A stretch of 63,256 nucleotides of DNA, the filler included. It is 6 parts of 6 records of this genome, joined end to end, with 100 filler letters (N's around TTAATTAATTAA, not from the genome) between each part and the next. Parts side by side here need not be neighbours in the genome. Positions count along the whole stretch, not along the records: positions 54,030 to 63,256 come from DRR723986_5542; 5 more parts are not named here. One strand, 5' to 3'. Under the pieces are notes generated by a model. It did not search any database and had not been told where the DNA came from. It saw only the letters and a program-made list of their open reading frames with translations. This document shows positions 59,603 to 63,256 of this stretch, piece after piece. The stretch's first letter is position 1. Each line of letters opens with the position of its first letter. The position numbers and the translations under genes were made by a program.

Positions 59603-62026
59603 TTAGACACCTTTAGGCAGGGCGTTTTCAACATCGAACAGGCAAGGCGGGCAGACTGTGGCGCGAGTGGTTTCGCCGATGACCAGAACCTCCACCTCTC
59701 TGCCGGTTTCACCATGGGACGGGTGGATATAGGCCATGGCAAGGTTCTTGCCGGTACGATAGCCCCATGCGGCCGACGTTATTGAACCGATTGGCACGCC
59801 ATCGACGAAAACCCCTTCTCCCGGGTGGGCCGGTCCCGCCTTGCTATGGACATCCAGAACAACACGTTCTCTGCGATTTCCAGCTTTGGCTTGCGCCTGA
59901 AGCCCGTGTTTTCCGGGGAAATCCTTGGTCATGTCGACAAAACGATGCAGTCCTGCTTCGATAGGATTGAACTCGGTGATGAAATCACCCTTCCAGTGGC
60001 CATAGCCTTTTTCCAGACGCATCGAGTCGATCGCGAACATGCCGAAATTCGACAGGTCAAACGCTTCTCCCGCCTTGGTCAGGATTTCGTAGGCGGCAAA
60101 AAGCTGATTGTTGGGAATGTGCAGTTCGAACGCCTGTTCGCCGGAATAGCTGATGGCGATGGCCAGCGCCTCGACGTGACCGACAAAAACACGCTGCGCC
60201 GTCAGCCAGGGGAAGTCAGACTGCGCCCAATTCGTGCGCGGCGATACGGCGGCCAGCAGGTCACGGGTCTTGGGGCCAGCAAGCACCATCATCGTGTGGG
60301 TGTTGGTGCGGCTTTCGATGCGAATGTCTGAGCCAACTGGCAGGTGCTCGGTCAACCAATCCATATCGTGGTATTCAGCGGTCGCCGCTGACCCGTAGAA
60401 GATGCTCCCATCCGGCAGCGGTACAATCGTCGCTTCGCCCGAGATATTTCCTTTCGGTGTCAGGAAATAGCACAGGCTGGTCCTTCCAGTCTTGGCCGAC
60501 ACCTTGGAACAGGTCAGACTGCTGATCCAGTCGAGCGCATCGGTTCCGCTAATGCGATAATGGTTGAACCCTGACAACTCGGCCAATCCAACATTTGCAC
60601 GCAGCGCCTCGATCTCGCCCCCCACGACATCGTGCCAGTTCTGGAATGCGTATCCGTGGGTGGGTTTGAAATCCGCATCCGGCTTGTAGAACTCTGTCCG
60701 CTCCCAGCCATTGACGACGCCAAACTCGGCACCTTTGGATTTCAGCACCGGGTAAAGCGGTGATGCCTTGGCCGGGCGACCGGCCGGGCGGTGTTCATGC
60801 GGCAGGTGCCAGCGAAATTCATGCTGGTAATCCTCGATGGATTTCAGCGCAGTGAACTCGGTATTGGCAAAGCTGGTGATGCGGCGCGGGTCAAGCTGCC
60901 AGCTATCCCATTCAGTTTCGCCGTGCACAATCGTCTGCGCAAGCATCTTGCCATATCCGCCGCCTTCGCCGATGCCCACGCGCAATCCGTTCATCGACCA
61001 GCAATTGCGCAGGCCCGGTTGCTTGCCAACCAGCGGCCCCGCATCCGAGGCATAGGCAATCGGGCCGTTTACCACCGACTTGATGCCGACCTCCTGCAGG
61101 CAGGGCAGACGGTCAAAGATCGGTGCCATCTTCGGCAACAGGCGATCCAGATCATCGGGGCAAAGCGCATTGACGAAATCGGGGTCGATCCCATCCATCC
61201 CGAACGTCTTGCAGTCATGTTCGTAGATGCCAACCAGAAGGCCTCTCTTTTCCTGCCGCATGTAGAATGTGTCACGCGGGCAGCGCACCATGGGCACGCG
61301 GGTGTCACGCTCGACCAGTTCCGGGATGTCTTCGGTGACGAAATACATGTGTTCCATCGCGATGACCGGGTATTCGATGCCCATCAGCGCGCCGACTTCA
61401 TTTGCGCGATAGCCCGCCGCGATCACGATATGCTCGGCGGTGATCGTGCCGCTTTCGGTTGTCACCAGCCACTCGTCATTGGGCAGCTGTTTCAGGGCGA
61501 TCACGGGCGTGTTCCGATGAATCTTCGCCCCCATTTTGCGAGACCGTGCGGCCAATGCCTGACACAGCTGCGCAGGGTCAATGTCTCCGTCCTGTTCATC
61601 CCACATCGCTGCCAGAACCCCGTCGGTGTTCAGCAACGGATTGCGCCGCTTTGCCTCAGAGGCATCAAGCAGATCAAACTCAATCCCCAGCCCTTTGGCC
61701 ACCGACATGATGTGATGCACTTCGTCAACATGAGTGGGGTTGGTCAAAAGCCGCATGCCACCCGTGGCATGGTGATAGTTGATCGGATAGGCTGGGTCAT
61801 CGGCCAGCTCCTTGTAAAGCTTGATGGTGTAGTCACGCAGCAAGAGTAGCAACTGGTTGAACGCCACACTGGGACATTGCGCCGCCGAATGCCAAGTTGT
61901 GCCGCTGGTCAACTCGTTGCGTTCCAGCAGTACCGCATCGGTCCAGCCTTCCTGACAAAGGTGGTAGAGAGCCGACAATCCACCAACGCCACCCCCAACA
62001 ACAACGACACGCGCATGGCTTTGCAT
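59603..62026 (-). CDS. GcvT-family FAD-dependent amine dehydrogenase (dimethylglycine dehydrogenase-like)
   Basis: VVVVGGGVGG, LTSGTTWHSA, NGWER, SYSGEQAFELH, SMRLEKGY. Confidence 0.9.
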   Translation of the reverse strand: MQSHARVVVVGGGVGGLSALYHLCQEGWTDAVLLERNELTSGTTWHSAAQCPSVAFNQLLLLLRDYTIKLYKELADDPAYPINYHHATGGMRLLTNPTHVDEVHHIMSVAKGLGIEFDLLDASEAKRRNPLLNTDGVLAAMWDEQDGDIDPAQLCQALAARSRKMGAKIHRNTPVIALKQLPNDEWLVTTESGTITAEHIVIAAGYRANEVGALMGIEYPVIAMEHMYFVTEDIPELVERDTRVPMVRCPRDTFYMRQEKRGLLVGIYEHDCKTFGMDGIDPDFVNALCPDDLDRLLPKMAPIFDRLPCLQEVGIKSVVNGPIAYASDAGPLVGKQPGLRNCWSMNGLRVGIGEGGGYGKMLAQTIVHGETEWDSWQLDPRRITSFANTEFTALKSIEDYQHEFRWHLPHEHRPAGRPAKASPLYPVLKSKGAEFGVVNGWERTEFYKPDADFKPTHGYAFQNWHDVVGGEIEALRANVGLAELSGFNHYRISGTDALDWISSLTCSKVSAKTGRTSLCYFLTPKGNISGEATIVPLPDGSIFYGSAATAEYHDMDWLTEHLPVGSDIRIESRTNTHTMMVLAGPKTRDLLAAVSPRTNWAQSDFPWLTAQRVFVGHVEALAIAISYSGEQAFELHIPNNQLFAAYEILTKAGEAFDLSNFGMFAIDSMRLEKGYGHWKGDFITEFNPIEAGLHRFVDMTKDFPGKHGLQAQAKAGNRRERVVLDVHSKAGPAHPGEGVFVDGVPIGSITSAAWGYRTGKNLAMAYIHPSHGETGREVEVLVIGETTRATVCPPCLFDVENALPKGV

Positions 62027-62137
62027 GAGCCACCTCCTGAAATTCAGATTTCAGGCACAATTATCCGCCAGAATATATCTTTTGAAAAACTGAATAATTG
62101 AAATACAAAAGTCACAAATGCTGAATTATGAGTCACT

Positions 62138-63073
62138 ATGGATATCAGCCTGAAAGCCCTGCGATACTTCATGGCCGCCGCCGAAAGCGGTAGCCTGACC
62201 GAGGCGTCCAAGAAGATGCACGTGGTGCCATCCGCCATTCTGGCCGCGGTTAACCAAGTGGAAGAGGCCTTCGGGTTGCAGCTGACCGTGCGACAACGGT
62301 CCAAGGGGATTGCGCCAACATCTACTGGCAAAATACTCATGCCGCGCGTCCAGCATCTGCTGGACGAATATGAGGCGCTGATGAGCCAGGGGGCCGAGAT
62401 GCGCACGCAATTGATCGGCACGTTGCGGGTGGGATACTATGCGCCCGTTGCTCCGGCTTTCCTGCCTGCCATCGCGCGAAATCTGCTGGCGGACAACCCG
62501 CGTGTCGATATCAAGTTCATCGAATGTGACACCCGATCAGCCCAGGCCGGTTTATTGTCCGGTGATTTCGACGTCATATTATGTGTTGCCGAAAGCATGG
62601 CCCCGGGTGTGACCTATGAAACCCTGATCGAAGTGCCGGGCTACCTTCTCGTACCCGCGCAGCACAGCTTCGCCTCGCGAACCGATGTCTCCCTGTCTGA
62701 GCTGAACAACGAGCCCATGGTTCTCCTCGATCTGCCTGTGATCAGCGACTACTACAGCCGGGTATTCGAGGCCGCTGACGTCAACCCGCATGTCGCCTGC
62801 ACGGCAACAACGCTCGAAATGGTGCGAAGTCTGGTTGGCATGGGCGTAGGCTCTTCGCTGTTACACATGCGCCCAAATACGCGCGTGACCTACGCAGGTG
62901 AAAAGGTCGTGGAAGTGCCATTGTACCCAGCCCCTGATCTGCTGAAAATTGTTCTTGGATACATGCCGAACAATCCGCGCCGCGTTGTGAAACACTTCAC
63001 CGACAGCCTGCGAGAGTTGTTTTCGAAAGAAGAGGCAAACCGCTTTCTGGTAACATCGCAAGCCAACAGATGA
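62138..63073 (+). CDS. LysR-family regulator, divergent from the dehydrogenase
   Basis: LRYFMAAAESGSLTEASKKMHV..SAI HTH; EMVRSLVG.G.G. Confidence 0.9.
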   Translation: MDISLKALRYFMAAAESGSLTEASKKMHVVPSAILAAVNQVEEAFGLQLTVRQRSKGIAPTSTGKILMPRVQHLLDEYEALMSQGAEMRTQLIGTLRVGYYAPVAPAFLPAIARNLLADNPRVDIKFIECDTRSAQAGLLSGDFDVILCVAESMAPGVTYETLIEVPGYLLVPAQHSFASRTDVSLSELNNEPMVLLDLPVISDYYSRVFEAADVNPHVACTATTLEMVRSLVGMGVGSSLLHMRPNTRVTYAGEKVVEVPLYPAPDLLKIVLGYMPNNPRRVVKHFTDSLRELFSKEEANRFLVTSQANR

Positions 63074-63110
63074 CTATTTCGAAGTCTGCTTTGTGTCGCT
63101 TCTCGCCGGT

Positions 63111-63144
63111 TCATGCGTAGCGCAGGATATGGCGATTTGGGCTC
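63111..63144 (+). repeat. cargo-flanking motif B (copy 2)
   Basis: TCATGCGTAGCGCAGGATATGGCGATTTGGGCTC; 25/34 identical to the reverse complement of 30481-30514. Confidence 0.55.
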
Positions 63145-63256
63145 CTTGCGGACATCGGAATCTGTGCAGCATCTTGTGATATGCTGACCTGGTCAACGTC
63201 GGGTTGTCGTTTTGGGAGGGCATGGCGGATCGGAGGATCAGTCATGGAAACACCAA

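Overview
This window is not one locus. It is six separate alphaproteobacterial contigs joined by artificial 100-bp spacers (N44-TTAATTAATTAA-N44) at 16219-16318, 27074-27173, 34208-34307, 42139-42238 and 53930-54029, so adjacency across spacers means nothing. Contig 1 (1-16218, Rhodobacteraceae-like) has an acyl-CoA dehydrogenase, an Hsp70-like protein, a DUF1800/DUF1501 pair, a catabolic cluster (DUF2141, aldehyde dehydrogenase, GPH-type MFS, Rieske oxygenase, acyl-CoA ligase) with a shared palindromic operator, and LysR plus NAD-linked formate dehydrogenase. Contig 2 (16319-27073, Hyphomicrobiales-like) has ccmF-ccmH, a hydrolase/OsmC fusion, two DUF2336 paralogs, 5-formyl-THF cyclo-ligase, HPP-CBS, GST, degP and an OmpR-type regulator. 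Contig 3 (27174-34207) is the rpsP-bluB-rimM-trmD-rplS operon split by two insertions, with a trmD-tail-like structured leader in front of rplS. Contig 4 (34308-42138) has a D,D-carboxypeptidase and the cbb3 oxidase genes cco(O)QP/ccoGHIS with an FNR box. Contig 5 (42239-53929, Hyphomonadaceae-like) has tRNA-Leu followed by a decayed islet with a Doc-type toxin-antitoxin pair, MarR with three operators and a candidate sRNA, mgtE-spmX-ivd, a GNAT, a PAS hybrid kinase, a patatin and mccB. Contig 6 (54030-63256) has matB, then a compact ~4.8-kb integrative element (large serine recombinase, 51-aa ORF, DUF932, TrwB/HerA-like ATPase, Zn-ribbon-DUF3768), then a GcvT-family dehydrogenase and LysR. 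The best candidate for an undescribed system is the contig-6 element: three of its four transcription units share an exact CCGACTAGGC-N17-TA(C/G)ACT promoter motif and the fourth has a degenerate copy. Next are a pair of left/right end motifs bracketing cargo genes in two unrelated contigs, and the rplS leader. All family assignments come from motif recognition by eye, not from database searches.
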